Below are positions 1-13,708 of a stretch of 64,000 bases of DNA, piece by piece. The DNA is taken from contig CM082579.2 in assembly GCA_040954595.2 (NCBI GenBank), positions 4,143,227 to 4,207,226 of the forward strand. The letters run 5' to 3'. Below the pieces are notes generated by a model that worked only from the letters and a program-made list of their open reading frames with translations, had not been told where the DNA came from and did no database searches. The number at the start of each line of letters is the position of its first letter. Positions within the stretch are counted from its first letter, which is position 1. The DNA is from Balanoglossus misakiensis (taxonomy: Eukaryota; Animalia; Hemichordata). Both the position numbers and the translations under genes were made by a program.

Positions 1-3000
1 GTGATTTCAGTGGTGCCATATGGAAAGGTTAAATATTAAAAGGAGAGAATGAATTGCGATTTGTATATACAGACAGACAGTCTGTACCTGTGATTACTGG
101 CTCTAAAACCCTGTAGTACTCAGCTGATACAAAAATGTACATTTCATGGTTGCAGAGCCAGTAGTTCAGAGGGGAAGTGTCTGAAAACTAACAGGGAGAG
201 TAACAGTTGCATGTTAGTTGAACCCACGTCAGCTTTATAGAGACAGTGATAACAGTTTTAGATGTACATGTATATTGGAGAGAAAAAAGATCATTACAGA
301 AAGATGGGACAGTGATAGCAAGTTGGTATTGCGCGTTTTAAAGAACGAAAAAAATTGTGATGTAAAATTGCAATGGAAAGGCTTGTGATGTGTATTAAGT
401 CTTTTGGGATTATGAAGAAGTAAAAAATGTTCAATTTGATGGCTTTGAAAATTGCATACGTGTGGTGGTGTCTTCATTGCTGTGGTTGTGCCATGAAGTG
501 AGTGAAATTGCTTTTAAATGTGATGGCTGAAACAGATTGGTTGAGATGTGTGATGTGTATGCACATGATGTGAGTAGTTGATGGAGTGACTGTACTGTAT
601 ATCCTGTCAGTTGGATTGGAGCAACTGGTATTGTAATTATAGCCCTGACTGGCATGTGCAACTTTTATCTTTGAAAAAAACATGTCAGTTACAGTTGGAT
701 GGAATGAGCTTTGCACAGATGCCACTGACAAGGGACGATGGAAGAAAGATTTAAAATGTATCGGGTTTTATGTGCTATCTTTCATAGATTAGAGTCAAAT
801 GTCAGGGTTTTTTGCTGTCCCTGTGTGTCGGTCTGTGTAGGGCAAAGTACTGTGTGATGCTAGAGATGCTACCAGCAGACGTGATCAAGCCAGGATTGGT
901 GCCTGGTTTAATTGTCACATTTTGCCTGTTAATTGGGTCAGCACAGGGTATTTAAATTCAGAGTGTATAGTCTTGTCATTTATGGCCATGCTAGCCCGGA
1001 GACACAGGCGTTGTATTCTAGATCTAGATCAACGCATGTGTCTCCGGGCTATGGCCATGCAAACCAAGAACAATCTAGCATCATATGTAGAATCACAAAA
1101 TCTGATATTGATTCAAATGATGTGATGAAATTGCTAGCTTATTATAGACCAAGTCTGCAGACTGAACAGTTTTGAATTATGGGGCATTCACGAGAACAAA
1201 CCTGTCTCGTTTTATTGGTCATCACAGTTTTAGCACTTTTCCGGTATATGGCCAATCCCATGCTTAACTGAATCACTGCAGGCATGCACTTTTGATAGAC
1301 CACGTGGACAGAGAGGTGTTGAGTCACACGGCAAGCCGGATGCCAACTTCTAACCAGAAACAGACCACCACTATCAACACACTGGGTAGTAATTGCATGT
1401 TAATTCATGGATGGATAAACCAGACTGGCATCCCAAAGGAAGCCAGACAAAACTTCCTCTCAGTGATCTATGAGGTCACACTCCAAGGAAAGAAAAATAT
1501 TCCAGCCTTGCCCTTTTCTTTTCCACAAGTCTGGAAGATATAATATTGACCGGAAGCTTCATTTGCATGAAATCTACATACATAACAATATAATTCATCA
1601 TATTTCAATAAAAAATTAACACATGCCGTCCCTGCTGTTATCAAACTGAACCACTCAACCAATTGAAGACACAACAATGTATTGAGTCGATATAAATCAG
1701 GATATGTAGTCAATCATTGCAAAACGGTTTTGTTTCATACAGGAAACATGTATTATTTTGGGCAGTGCCTACTTATATCGATGATGTATTGGTGTCATGG
1801 CCGGTTAATAGGCAAAAAAATAAAACTGACCCTGTCCCACATCAAGGTTTTATCAGAGGCTATAGTCAACAATGTTGCGAGTGCACAACCCTGTATTCTT
1901 TGGGCCAGCCCCCTTTCTATTATCCGAGCAGAGATCAATCTTGATGGGGTGTCGAGCCAACCTCTGATTCAGATCCTTAGACATACCAACATATAAGCAT
2001 GTTTGTAGGTTACAATAACCCATCATGTACGTGTTACAACATCGGACCCCTCGGCGATTAGTTTTACAGTTGGTAAATCAATAGAAGAGGGCTTGGGGTT
2101 CGGCTGGACTTTGAAGTGTTCTGGGTCATATCGTTCTAATCTCAATCCAGTTTATGGAGCTGTTATAGATTCACACTCTGTATTATTGGCAGCATTCCAC
2201 TGAGCATAGCAGTGTCAAGTGTTCAGGGCAGAAGAAAAATTCTTTCAATATTGTCGTTGGAAATATTTTGTATAGGGAGATGATCTTCAGGACTGCAACA
2301 CCATACCCTGTATAGTCATAATCTCCCCAATGGAAAGAATATCTATTGCAAGTCCTGACTGAGATACGAAATATTAATCATATTCCAAATAGACAGGATT
2401 TTCTTTTGTCAGACCACAGATCTGATGACCTAAACTATGATTAAGTATTGAGGTCACAGACCCAGTACCGGTAGACAGATAATGATCTTGAATATGTTTG
2501 GTATATTTTCAAAAGTTGCAAAAAAAAACTATTAAAGAATACAGTCTGGTGCAGTTTCACAGCCTGTTCCTTAATTCCTTAAATGCAGAATTTTGTTTTC
2601 GGTAATGTTTTGCATGTTTTCATGGATTGTCAACCATATAATAGTTTGACAGTATTCGCATGATGATGTCATTCTAGGTCAAGGGTCACTTCATATAAAT
2701 AACCATTCAGTGTAAAACCCAAAGGTAATAAATTTCATTAGAACTGTTAACAATTAATTGCCCCATTTATGCATTTAACTCATCTGTTTTTACCTACGTG
2801 ATCTGATCTATTTGATGGCAGATCAATATTCGGTAATTTGAATGCAGCTATTTCATATAAAGTGAGTTCATATCAGCATGTGATATTTTCAAAAATAAAG
2901 ATCTGTTAAGTGGACCCCATTTGACGTCAGCCAGATAAGCTGAATTTCTCAGTCCATCAAATTCGCTGGCATGAAAAAAATAGCTGCCATATTTGTACAG

Positions 3001-6000
3001 ATCTCAGCTACGCACCCATCTCACGCTACACTCTGAAACAATAAACTAGTCTCGGAGCACAGCTGATTATTTTTATGGTGTAATTCCAAACTGTCGGCCA
3101 GCGCTTGGGTCGCAACACCCGACAAAATAAATGCCTCTCCAATCCAAAAGGTTATGTTGTTTGTAAAAACATTGTAATATAACAGTTTATAATACTTTAA
3201 TATATTAGTCGGCATGTAAAATGCAATAAATCTGCAACGTTATGTGAAAAAATACACTGAGAGGTCACCGGCCCAGTCAATCACTTGTGAGGAACGCAAA
3301 ATGTGGTAGCTCGTTGCCGATCAGCCTTGGTTCTTACAAAATATCCTGTAAGATGAGAAGCTGATAAAAAATGACAAGTCTGGAGAATAAATATCTGGAA
3401 TTTTTGTCATCCAGTGAAAGGTATTGTTTTACAAGTTTTTTAATGCAAAATGAGGTATAGTCTCCAATGCATATAAACAGTAATCTGACAGTTGAAGAAA
3501 AAGTATTGTGGCTTCTCAGCAGTCAATTGTCTTTTCTTGGAAAAATACTTTCTACAGTTGCCTGAGAAAGGCTGGTCAGCAGGCTCCAGTGGAAATTGAT
3601 CGTTTAGCCTAGATTAATAGTCTGGAAATGTTAAGGCAAGTAGAAAACTGCAAGAATTGCAGCCAATCTGGGTCTTAACGTCACAAAGAAATGTACAAAT
3701 CTGAAAGATTTCAGAGGCGCCGGAGCAGATGAGGCAGGGTTATCACTAATCTGATGGCCACACCCTTTTGCTAAAAATACAACCCAGATCGGCAATATTT
3801 GGTTTCAGCCTTGAAAATATCTGGCACAATGCACGGCTGTGTTGTGTTTATGTGCACATGTGAATTTTTGATCACTGTCCAACAAATTGATTTAGTTTCG
3901 GTGGCCAGGATTCTGCACCCATGTGCATACCAAACAATGGTCAAGGATTGGAAGTGTTAAGCTCTTTAGCAGTAAGTGTGTACACACCCACGGTGCACAC
4001 ATAACATTTACTGACACTAGTCATGGCCGGCAAATCAATAAGTCATCTTAGCCTAGGTTATAACTGTAGCTCGAGTCTTCTGCAACAGCTGTTTTGGAAC
4101 ACAAAAGGCATTTGAAAAGCTATAGAAGTTTTTTTCTAATATTAAAATGGAGAATAGATTACATAAATCTGTGGCCCAAGGGAAATGTTTCAATCTGAGT
4201 AATTTGAAAAAACAGAAGTAGTATGAGCATCTAAAAGTTAGTAGGTGTGGCTTGCATATTAATGTTTCATTTGCATATTAATTTACATAAAAAATGTCCT
4301 CACTGACTTTAAAAAAAAAATCCTGGAAAGTCCTGGGATTTTGAATGACGTGACGAGACGTGGGTACATGGTGCACAAGCCTTGCAAATAGTACATGTTG
4401 TAAAAATCATATTCCTGGCAAAAAGAATTTCATACATGTACCTAGATTAGTCGTTCTAGCCACATTTATGTGTCCAGGTAAAACTTATACGTTTATTGAA
4501 TTCTTTTTCTAAATTTGGAATGATTTCTGCGTGTAATAATCCTTGGGCATAGAAAGGAATCGGTGTCTCTAAGTACCAGCGTTAGGGTTGCCATGGTGAC
4601 GAAACACGCAAAAAGTGTTTCATAGGGGGCCTGTTTAATGCAGCGAGGTGTGTGGAATGTTTCAGGTAGGGTTCTGTTGCTAATCAAGTTAATTGTGTTG
4701 GCCTATTCGTCAACTGAAAAAAAGCGGGGGTCGACCTTCGGACACAGAATGGGAGCTAATAGAATGGTATAAATTCCATTGACAACTCCGTGTCAGCGAA
4801 GGTCTCGCGGAAAATGTAGTTGCAGCGATGAATGGAGCAAATCCAATTCGATTTCTATTTTCTGGGGTTGCGTGGCATTCATGTGATTTCCGGCCGAAAG
4901 TCCGTCACATTGCAAGTCAATGACCAAGCTACAATTCAAAGTATGCCCGACGTTTCAAGGGATTTTGTTCGCGCTCGAACACTGGAAATGCAAGTGTCAC
5001 ATTGAATGGGTGTATAATTATTATGAACCAGTTAACAGGCCATCCCGATTTCTGACTCTGGTGCATGGTGAGATGTACACGGGGTCATCTGCGGACATGA
5101 TGCATTTATAATACCTTGATCTCAACGTGCACATCAGTTTGGTGTAATGTCTAGAACTGTTAAAATTTACTGCCAGAGTGAATCGAATAAATTATCCATG
5201 ATTATTCAAAATCAACCATTAAATTTCGCCCGGAGAAGATAACGAATTCACTCAGCAGGGAGTGTTGAATTATTCGCAGCTTTTCAGGAGAAAGCATTTT
5301 ACAGATAACATTTCTAGGCCAGATTCTCATTCTTTTGGCTGTCACCGAGAAACAACATTAAACCTTTATCGACAGAATGATACCATATGTACAAAGAACA
5401 TCTACTTTACACGATGTAGGCCTATACTATCTCATACTACCCGCCAGAGACCCTATGACAAACGACTACATATCTACACCATTTCTAAAAACTTTGCATA
5501 CAAAGCGACCAGGTAGATATGCGAAAGCCTTGAACAGTACTTTCCCTTCAAGTCAAACAGTGGGTGGCCATGGATTATTTCCTTTCGACACCAGTTAAAT
5601 TGGAAACTTCTTTCACAAATCTCGCAACCCCAGGGTAGTATGACTTGTCTGAAAGTGCACACAGCTGTGTGTGCATCGCTTTTCCTTTCTATTAAAACCG
5701 CGATTCTATAATTTCAAAGGGGGAAAAGAGAATGCCGAGGGGAAATGGCGCTGTCGTCTTGTTCCCAAGAAGAAAAAACGGTAACCAATTCCTGTTTTCC
5801 ATATTGAATTGGTAATTTTACTTTAAGATGGGGCTGAAAGGGTCTATGAAGCCAAATATCGCGGCGGTGATTATCACGTTTACACGATTAGGAAAAACAT
5901 CTAAACACGACAGACAGCCGAAAATAGAAAGCATTACACGACATCGATGAATTATTCAACGCAGCTGTCGCAGATCGTGATGCAAGTGAATATTAAAAAG

Positions 6001-8867
6001 TTGGCGCTCGCGTCTCGGAGGCATCCGCTGCGTGTGTAAAGCAAATCTCTTAAGTCGGGCATGAATAAAAACGGCGGCAAACGTCCGAAATGATGATCTC
6101 CAAAAATTCAAGACAGTTTTACGGCTAATGCCGAAACCGTATATATTTTCAAGCAGGTGTTTCGTTCGTCTAGTTGCGTCACACGATTTAACTATGCATC
6201 GAGATGATAACTGTCTATGTTCAGATTATAGATGCAATTGTAAAGGAACCATATCGCCAATAGAGGAAGAGAGATGAAGTTCCACGCACATTTTGAGACG
6301 ACACAGGGCTGGGTAAAATAATTGTCATTAATCACGTGGCAACTGACCCGATAACGCAGCACAATGATTTATGATCAGATTCTCCGCACAATATCACAGC
6401 TATGCAAGGCCGTGGCTCACACAATTGCGTGTGTGTTTTTTCTTGTTACTGTCAACAATGGGTAAATTTCAGCAGCAAACACTGCGACAAAAGTTGACTT
6501 TTACCTGTAAAGTGTTTTATTTTGAAAAGCTGTCGCTAATTTCACAAAGAAATGCCCCTTTGGCTTTGTCGGGAGGTTCGCAGGATGGGATTTTTTGTGT
6601 TTTCATAATCGCGTGATTGCCGTCGTACGCTGATCTCCTTTATACAACTGACATCAACAGTAAAACAATGATTAATATATCAGGGAAAAAACGTTTTTAC
6701 TACCGACAAAGTTGGCAAATATTCATCTACAGTCTACGTTTCTGTGTCGGCATGCATGAAGCTCGAGATGGCCTGTAAATATTTGATGTTCTTGAGACTG
6801 AGATATTTCTGGTGGTATCATGTGTGTCAGACGTCCGAAGGTATAAATGCAGAGTGCAACTTCAACGGTACTTCTCAAACCACTTCAAGAACGACACACT
6901 CAGTATATTTTCATCGGAATGCCTTGCAGACAGAAGTTCAATAGGCCGTGATTTTGACAGACAATTAAAATGCCAGGGAGTTTTTATGTACACGTACTTC
7001 CGTTGAACGTCAAACTTGCGGCTCCGACTCAATGTCCGAAACAGAGTGTGCTACGTTTGGTCATAAACTGGTTCTACTACTTCAGTCTACGAACTGAAAA
7101 TTATTGCTTCTCCGATCTAGACATGGTTCAGATGAATTTTAGACTATGCTCTCTTCTTCCAGCCCAATAAAAAAGGTTTTCCTATGTCTCTATCGCAATG
7201 ACTCTTTATAAGAGTATAAAAGTATTAGAACATATTTTTTCGCCTTTCAACACAGCTTTCGCTTTTTATTAATATTCAAATGAAATTTCTCGATAACAAA
7301 GGTCTTTCAGCCTTTCAGGGGTTTACTACCGTCACGATATGGGCGTACTTCATCCAAGTCAAGGAATTCACAAAGAATGCATGGGATTAGGCGTTGATAT
7401 TCGGTGACTCGTGAAAATATTCACGTCCAAATAAACAAAACGCGGACCCCTGGTTCTGTCACCCAAAGAAACGCTTCTAGCAGTTTTTCCCCTGACAAAA
7501 CAAACAACATCAGTTACATTTTGTCAGCTGAGTCTAACAAGGGGGTAGGATCGCTCCCGACCACCTCGTGCGGCGCAACAAAGTTCTCACGCCCCGAGGA
7601 GGTGATGTTGACCAAACCAAGTCGTAAAGCACAGGTGTGAAATGATCCGAAGAGTAAGATCAAGGCCACGGCGCTTTCGTTGCTTCGAGACGCACAAATT
7701 CCGTCCAGTTTGCCGCCAGCGGCAACCTGTGGTCGTCGGGAAACATGCGCGGCAGCTGGTGGGCCTTAAATCGACAATTCACTTTACCAGAAACCGAGAT
7801 AGAAGTTGACGCACAAGGGATAACTATGTCTGAAATTCCACACATTTACTAAACAGAGACACTGGAAACGCTAACTTGAAAAATAAAATAAAACAAATAG
7901 TGAAAACACTGCACAGTAAGATTACAAAGAATGAACAACATACATCATATTTCGAATTCTTTACTACTCTTTTCCCACTGGCTTCAATATGAGTACAAAG
8001 TTTGAAAACAAGAATGCGAAAGGGTGTGGTATAACTTTACCAGGGAAAACAACAACTGCCAGCATGAATAACCGTGTCTTGGTGTTTGCTCCAGGGCCAA
8101 AATACTTGGGGGAAAAACGGGTGCAGTCCACACGTTTTCACTTTCTCCGTCATACACACTTCAGTCAAACATTTCAGGGTTTTCAAAAATTTGCAAGGCC
8201 TTGAGGAACCACTTTTCACAAGCTCATCATCTCAACAGAAATGACGATGTCTGCACAGCTTCAAGGATAAACGTGACGTGTATTTGCTCGGTTCTGACAC
8301 TGGTGGCGCTATAAAAGGGTCTGTCACACATAGACTATTTCAGTTGTGTGCATGTAGTAAGGAATGTGTATTTCTATTCGTTTATCACAGTGGTATTTAC
8401 ATGGTTTTACCAACTGGAGGTGGCTGATAGTCTGTTACACAGTATATGCATTAATTCAGAGCCCTCTAATACTAAAGACATTTGTATCTGAATGATCATT
8501 TTCCACCAGAGATGCAATCTTGACACATTTGTTGTGCCCTCGTACAAAATCCACTACTTTTCTTTTGTGTGTGCCGGTGCAAAACTCAAGCTGAAAACCT
8601 CTGATAATCAACAGCACTATCATCAGATTCACAGCACTATCATCATATATATTATCTTGCACTCTCCATCGGCACCCACACTCTGCCTGGAAGGACACAG
8701 ATCAGTCCACTACACACAGTAGAGTTATTTGTCCCCATTTTAAAGACATTTCTTTAAACCAGGTGTGTTCGGCAGTTCAGTTCTTTCTGATGGCGCTGCT
8801 GCACCAAGTGGTTGACCCACATCTGATTCACAGTTGACTGAATGACAACATTCTTGGAATGTGATCT

Positions 8868-9831
8868 TCATATCATCCAGGGTGGTGAATCTCCAGTGTC
8901 AGCGTCATTGCCCATGTCCATTTCAACCTAAAAAACACACCAAAGATAGAGTTTGCTATGAGTTGATCACAATTTACTGTCATCCAATAACCTTAGAGAC
9001 ATAGAAATCATGGTGAAGACTTGATCTGTCAAAGTTGACTATTCCCCTCCCTCCTCAGCCTCTACAATCACGCTAGCATACATGTATACACTTTGATCCA
9101 GCCTTTCTTGAAACTTTGCACTCTGAATACTCACATCTTCAGGTGAATCTTGGTCATAATCATTCATTTCGTCAGCATCCAAATCATCAGGGTCTTCTTC
9201 AGATTCCTCTTCGCTGTCTTCCTCTTCTTCATCGTCGTCATCATCTTCATCATCATCGTCATCAAAGTTCTAAAAGACGAGTGGATGCAACATCCACACT
9301 TAATTACATTTAGGTGAAGGCCATCCTGTTGCTCTGACTGTCAGTGTCACACAAACTAACTCAAATCGCACTATAAACACTTGAAACAAAAGACCCAGGT
9401 AATTGATAAGGTGATACACTCTCACCATTACACAGCATACACAGTGATAAAAAAAGCTGAATGCTATGCACGATACGGTAGTTACCTCAGAAGCTGTTTT
9501 GCCCATTGGGATGAGATCGTGATCCTTTTCTGATATGCTCTGAAGCTGTAAACAAACAAAACGCGTCAGGTTTACTACAGAAAATAGGACAGTGTTACAG
9601 GGTCTACGAACCTCCTACATCATACATGTAGTATTTTGAGGGAAACGTTAGGGGCCCAGGCCCAATATTCTACAAGAAACAACGGCTGTCCAAGATACAA
9701 AATTCTCTTACCCAGTTTTGGTGAGCTTGTTCTTGTTCTGTTAAATCATTTTCGTCGTCACATGGTTTGTCAACTCTGAACCACAAACTGTCAGACAGCC
9801 GAGGAAACAAACTTGGGAATAATGCCGCCAT
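8868..9831 (-). CDS. ANAPC15: Anaphase-promoting complex subunit 15 (4 coding exons, 124 aa)
   Basis: Exons 9712-9831, 9486-9545, 9135-9269 and 8868-8927 have GT-AG boundaries, all in phase 0. They splice to MAALFPSLFPRLSDSLWFRVDKPCDDENDLTEQEQAHQNW|LQSISEKDHDLIPMGKTASE|acidic tract...DEMNDYDQDSPED|VEMDMGNDADTGDSPPWMI*. This matches the ANAPC15 pattern (LFPSLFPR...LWF, IPxGKxASE, acidic middle, C-terminal WMI). Confidence 0.95.
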
Positions 9832-9880
9832 GTTGGATTTAGTGTTCAAACTGAATATCGTACAAAGCCTCTGATTGGAT
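9822..9880 (-). promoter_or_regulatory. Putative ANAPC15 proximal promoter motifs (CCAAT box, CHR-like TTTGAA, YY1-like motif over the ATG)
   Basis: Minus strand: ATCCAATCAG at ~9871-9880, TTTGAA at 9845-9850 and AACATGGCGGC spanning the start codon. Motif match only. Confidence 0.35.
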
Positions 9881-11043
9881 GACATACATAACCAGATCCC
9901 CTAACTATCCCAGCAATAATTCATCTCGGACCACCCAAAGGTCCGTGAATAGGTAATATGGCCAAAATAAAAACAAAAGTATCAAAGGATTCTTGTCACT
10001 TGAAATGAAGGGAACGGTCATATTTCTCGTCATTGGGTATGGGCCTGTCCTAAAACTATAAATATCGGGGGGTACTTGAAGTTGAACAATTGAAACGATA
10101 CGCAATTCTCACTGGTGCAAACTGATGTCATTTATTTCACTACATGCACACGGTTGCCAAGATATACAACAACGAGAACAATAATTAACATCAACCACTG
10201 AAAATGGTATTGCAAATCTACATAATTTAGGATCACAACATTGAAATCATGGTGTAACACTCGACTGTGAGATGGATATGTTTCGGTGACAAATACTGTT
10301 AAATTAACGCTTGGACTGCGTGACCACGTCACCCCATCCTACACCCCTCCCCTCCCCTCCCTTGCCCCACACCATCACCACCGTACAAAACCACATGCAT
10401 CCATGTACTCTATAGTAAAGCGTTGTGAAGAAGTGCAATACATTAGCTTGTCTATACAATGAAGCAAATATCTTTTGACGACAAAGACATTCGAACTCAT
10501 TACCACATGGTGTTCCAAGACACACCACACAAAAATCCACCTCCGTCTGACAATAAAAAATATCTATTGATTTTTATGATGTCTTAAGGTCACATGACAC
10601 TCCATGTCTGGTTTTGTTCATATATCTCATCAAAGGTGGCGTGGTAACGCCAACAAACGATATGTTTTCATAAAACAGATTACCCGAACTTCAAAACTCA
10701 TTTATGTCATTCAAAACGAACTAACTTCGCGAGTGGTTGACACTCTAAAAGTCGAAAAAAAAGAGATTACATGAGCAAAAATTTACTTTTGTTTCGTGTT
10801 ACCAACTATCAATCTCAAATGACAGTGCTTGTGCTCGAAACATCGAGGTTTTAAAAAAATATTGGAAATCACACAAAGACGATTGACGTCATTTCCGCTG
10901 TGATGAATACATTATCGACAAAATACACATCTTGCTGTATAACATGTATAAATCTGATAGACGTCTACCATCTTGTTTTGTACATTAGGTAACGGAAAGT
11001 TTGGTTAAAGTGTGCTATTTATATCAAAGTGAATTCTACATAT

Positions 11044-11132
<89 letters not shown>

Positions 11133-11143
11133 AATGATGATGA
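11044..11143. repeat. (GAT)n microsatellite
   Basis: Directly visible trinucleotide run with one interruption near its end. Confidence 0.97.
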
Positions 11144-13708
11144 TACAAATGATGAATCTCAGACTGGCCTAACTTTGGGTTTAGTTTTTACGGTGCCATT
11201 CCAATTTTTCGGGATGTTTCTCTTATGTTGGGTATAAATGTTCAGTAAGAATTGCACCAGTAAAACTACGGACCCACGGCCAGGACCGAGCCTGTGATAT
11301 ATATTTATATAAATATGATTTGAATGAAAGTCAAATCTGATGTTTGAGGGTGGATATATATATAGGCATACAATTGTTTCTCGCTCTTTTTCTGACTGTC
11401 TATGGCACTAGCATCAATCACTTTCTCCCTTTAAACCTGCGTCAACAGAAAACACGCTCCATGCATGTGCGCATCATCACGCAGGTTGCCATGCAACTTG
11501 GCGAAGGCACGGTGTTGCGAGATTTTGTCATGTGCGTTGTTTAATTGGGCGGACTTTGCAAAGACCTCGATAGACCTGCAACTTCTTCGGGTGAACAACG
11601 CATTTCAGCAACGTTTGCTAATAACGAAACAAGCCACAACACCTAATGTAAATGCGCAACAGGAAAGCTAGTCGTCATATTGTTTCTACAGGAATACCAT
11701 ACAATGCAAGTTTGTTCCGTGCAGCCAATAATGAAACCACATAATTTACGTCGATCGCGTACGTGTGGTGCCCCAACGTCCCACCCCAAAATAAAATCGA
11801 GCGCTTCTCTACGCATGGGTCAAGCAAAACGTAAATTGTATTGATTTGAACGTACATGCATGTTGTTAACGAAGTCCCCGTTGTATTCATATGAATCATT
11901 TTGCTATATGATAAAACTCAATTTGGTACAACCTATCGTCATTTCCGAAGGTGCAGTCGGACCTGTGCAGCATTTTGTAAATATCATGAAAATAGCTAAA
12001 GCCGTGAAAGCCAGTGCTGTCGAGGAGGATCAGTTGCTTCCAGGTATAATTAAAATATGTTTTAAAAAAAGTTGGGGAGGCGATGCATAAAAGCAATCAC
12101 AAATTTTAATGTTCCTAAAATGGCAAGACGCTTTTCTAGTTATCTACGTAAAAACAAAGTTATGATTTTTTTATGTTAGCATTTGGAATATCACTTGAAA
12201 ATATCTTGTCTGGAGAAGCTATGCACGCCGCTCTAGTTATGTACAAGAAGCTGCGCCAGACTTCTCATCTACTGTCAGTCAGTGCGCCCTCAAGCACGGC
12301 AAGAATCGTTTCATCAGGAGAATGTCAAAGCTATCTGATATGTTAGTTCATAAACAGCACATGGTCATATGTCATTCATAACCGCATGCACATCCCAACA
12401 ATGCTTATCATCTGAGCGGTTCACAGAGAACCATAAGTCACATAACATCTGCCAACCTCCTGAAACACATGGAAGAACCTTGCTGTGTGATTTTGACCAG
12501 CGACCAGGCTCAGGGCACTCTTTTGAAACTCCTGACTATGCATGCTAATAATTGGCGGGTTTTTACTATTCATGAAGTTGGTGCATGTAGAACCACCAAC
12601 AATTAAACTGCCAAATTATTATGTTTCATGAACACTTGCGAAAAAACAAGTTTGCACACTCACTTGAAACGCCATCACTGTTTCCCTTTAAAAACAAGTG
12701 CTACTAAATTACGCTTATAACTCCTACCCCTCTATTTTGTTGCACCTAGTACATACTAGGGGAAAGTCAAGTAAAACACATTATTTAAGTATAAGCAAAT
12801 GCGCATCACTATTCCCTAATGCTTCAGAAGAAGTAAAAAAATCACATTTGGATGTCTCTCTATCCAAGTCCCATGAGCTGCAACTCGAAGTGACAAAAGT
12901 TAAGAACACATTCATCCCTGCAGTTGAGGAATGACACCTGTATGTAAGACTCGGTTAAAAAAACCTAAAATTGACTATTTACAGAAGCCAAAATACTGAA
13001 AGAAGTATCAAAATGTTACAGCTGGCTGGTGTCCTGTCAAGTTTGTAAAAGTCCTTCACTTCAATTCATTTAAATCGATGACACCATGTTGTGTCTGGGT
13101 GGCCATAATTGAGTGGCACACCCATTAATTATTTATCCACTTCAAAGGTTTGCATGCACTGCCATACAATGCTCAGTACAATGCACAGGCCTCAGGACAC
13201 AGTTATGATCGTCACAGCTAATATGGGGAGAGTCAGGTCTTCCATATTTCCTCAAGGTTGCCACATTCACTTTTTAGGCAATGTCCTCGTGAAGTTACAG
13301 AGTATCGGCTATCCACGTACAGAAATTGACGTTCGCCCTGAACGTACCAGAAGTTACTCTCCACGGGTTACTTGAATCACCAGGCCAGCATGTCCATTCT
13401 AAACAGTGTAACCATGTTGAATGAGTGAAAGTTTAAAGCAATTAAAATGACAAAATCCCAACAATAGTATATTCAGCCTACATGTCAGATGTGGCCAGAC
13501 TTGGACTGCTGGCCCTGGGCCCCGGCATTAACACCATGCAGGCTCAAAAAACATCACCACAGACCATGCGCTCTGTGCGATGATATTGCCTTAAATGGTG
13601 TCTGCCTTTCCCCAGTATTCATAAAACGCTTACTAAAATAAATGTTAACAATAACGTTGCTTGATACCCAGGCTGCATTTTTGTGGTGCACTATAGACAA
13701 ACTGCGGG

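Noticed and set aside
800-2400. Coding-like minus-strand fragments, including FHWGDYDYTG (reminiscent of a TOPRIM HWGDxDxxG motif) near 2300-2340
   Set aside because: Frames are broken by stops within tens of codons and no second supporting motif is recognisable. It could be a decayed mobile element or chance; a translated search is needed.
11401-11424. TATGGCACTAGCA, resembling miR-96/183 family 5' ends
   Set aside because: No complementary arm nearby to form a pre-miRNA hairpin, and the 3' half does not match.
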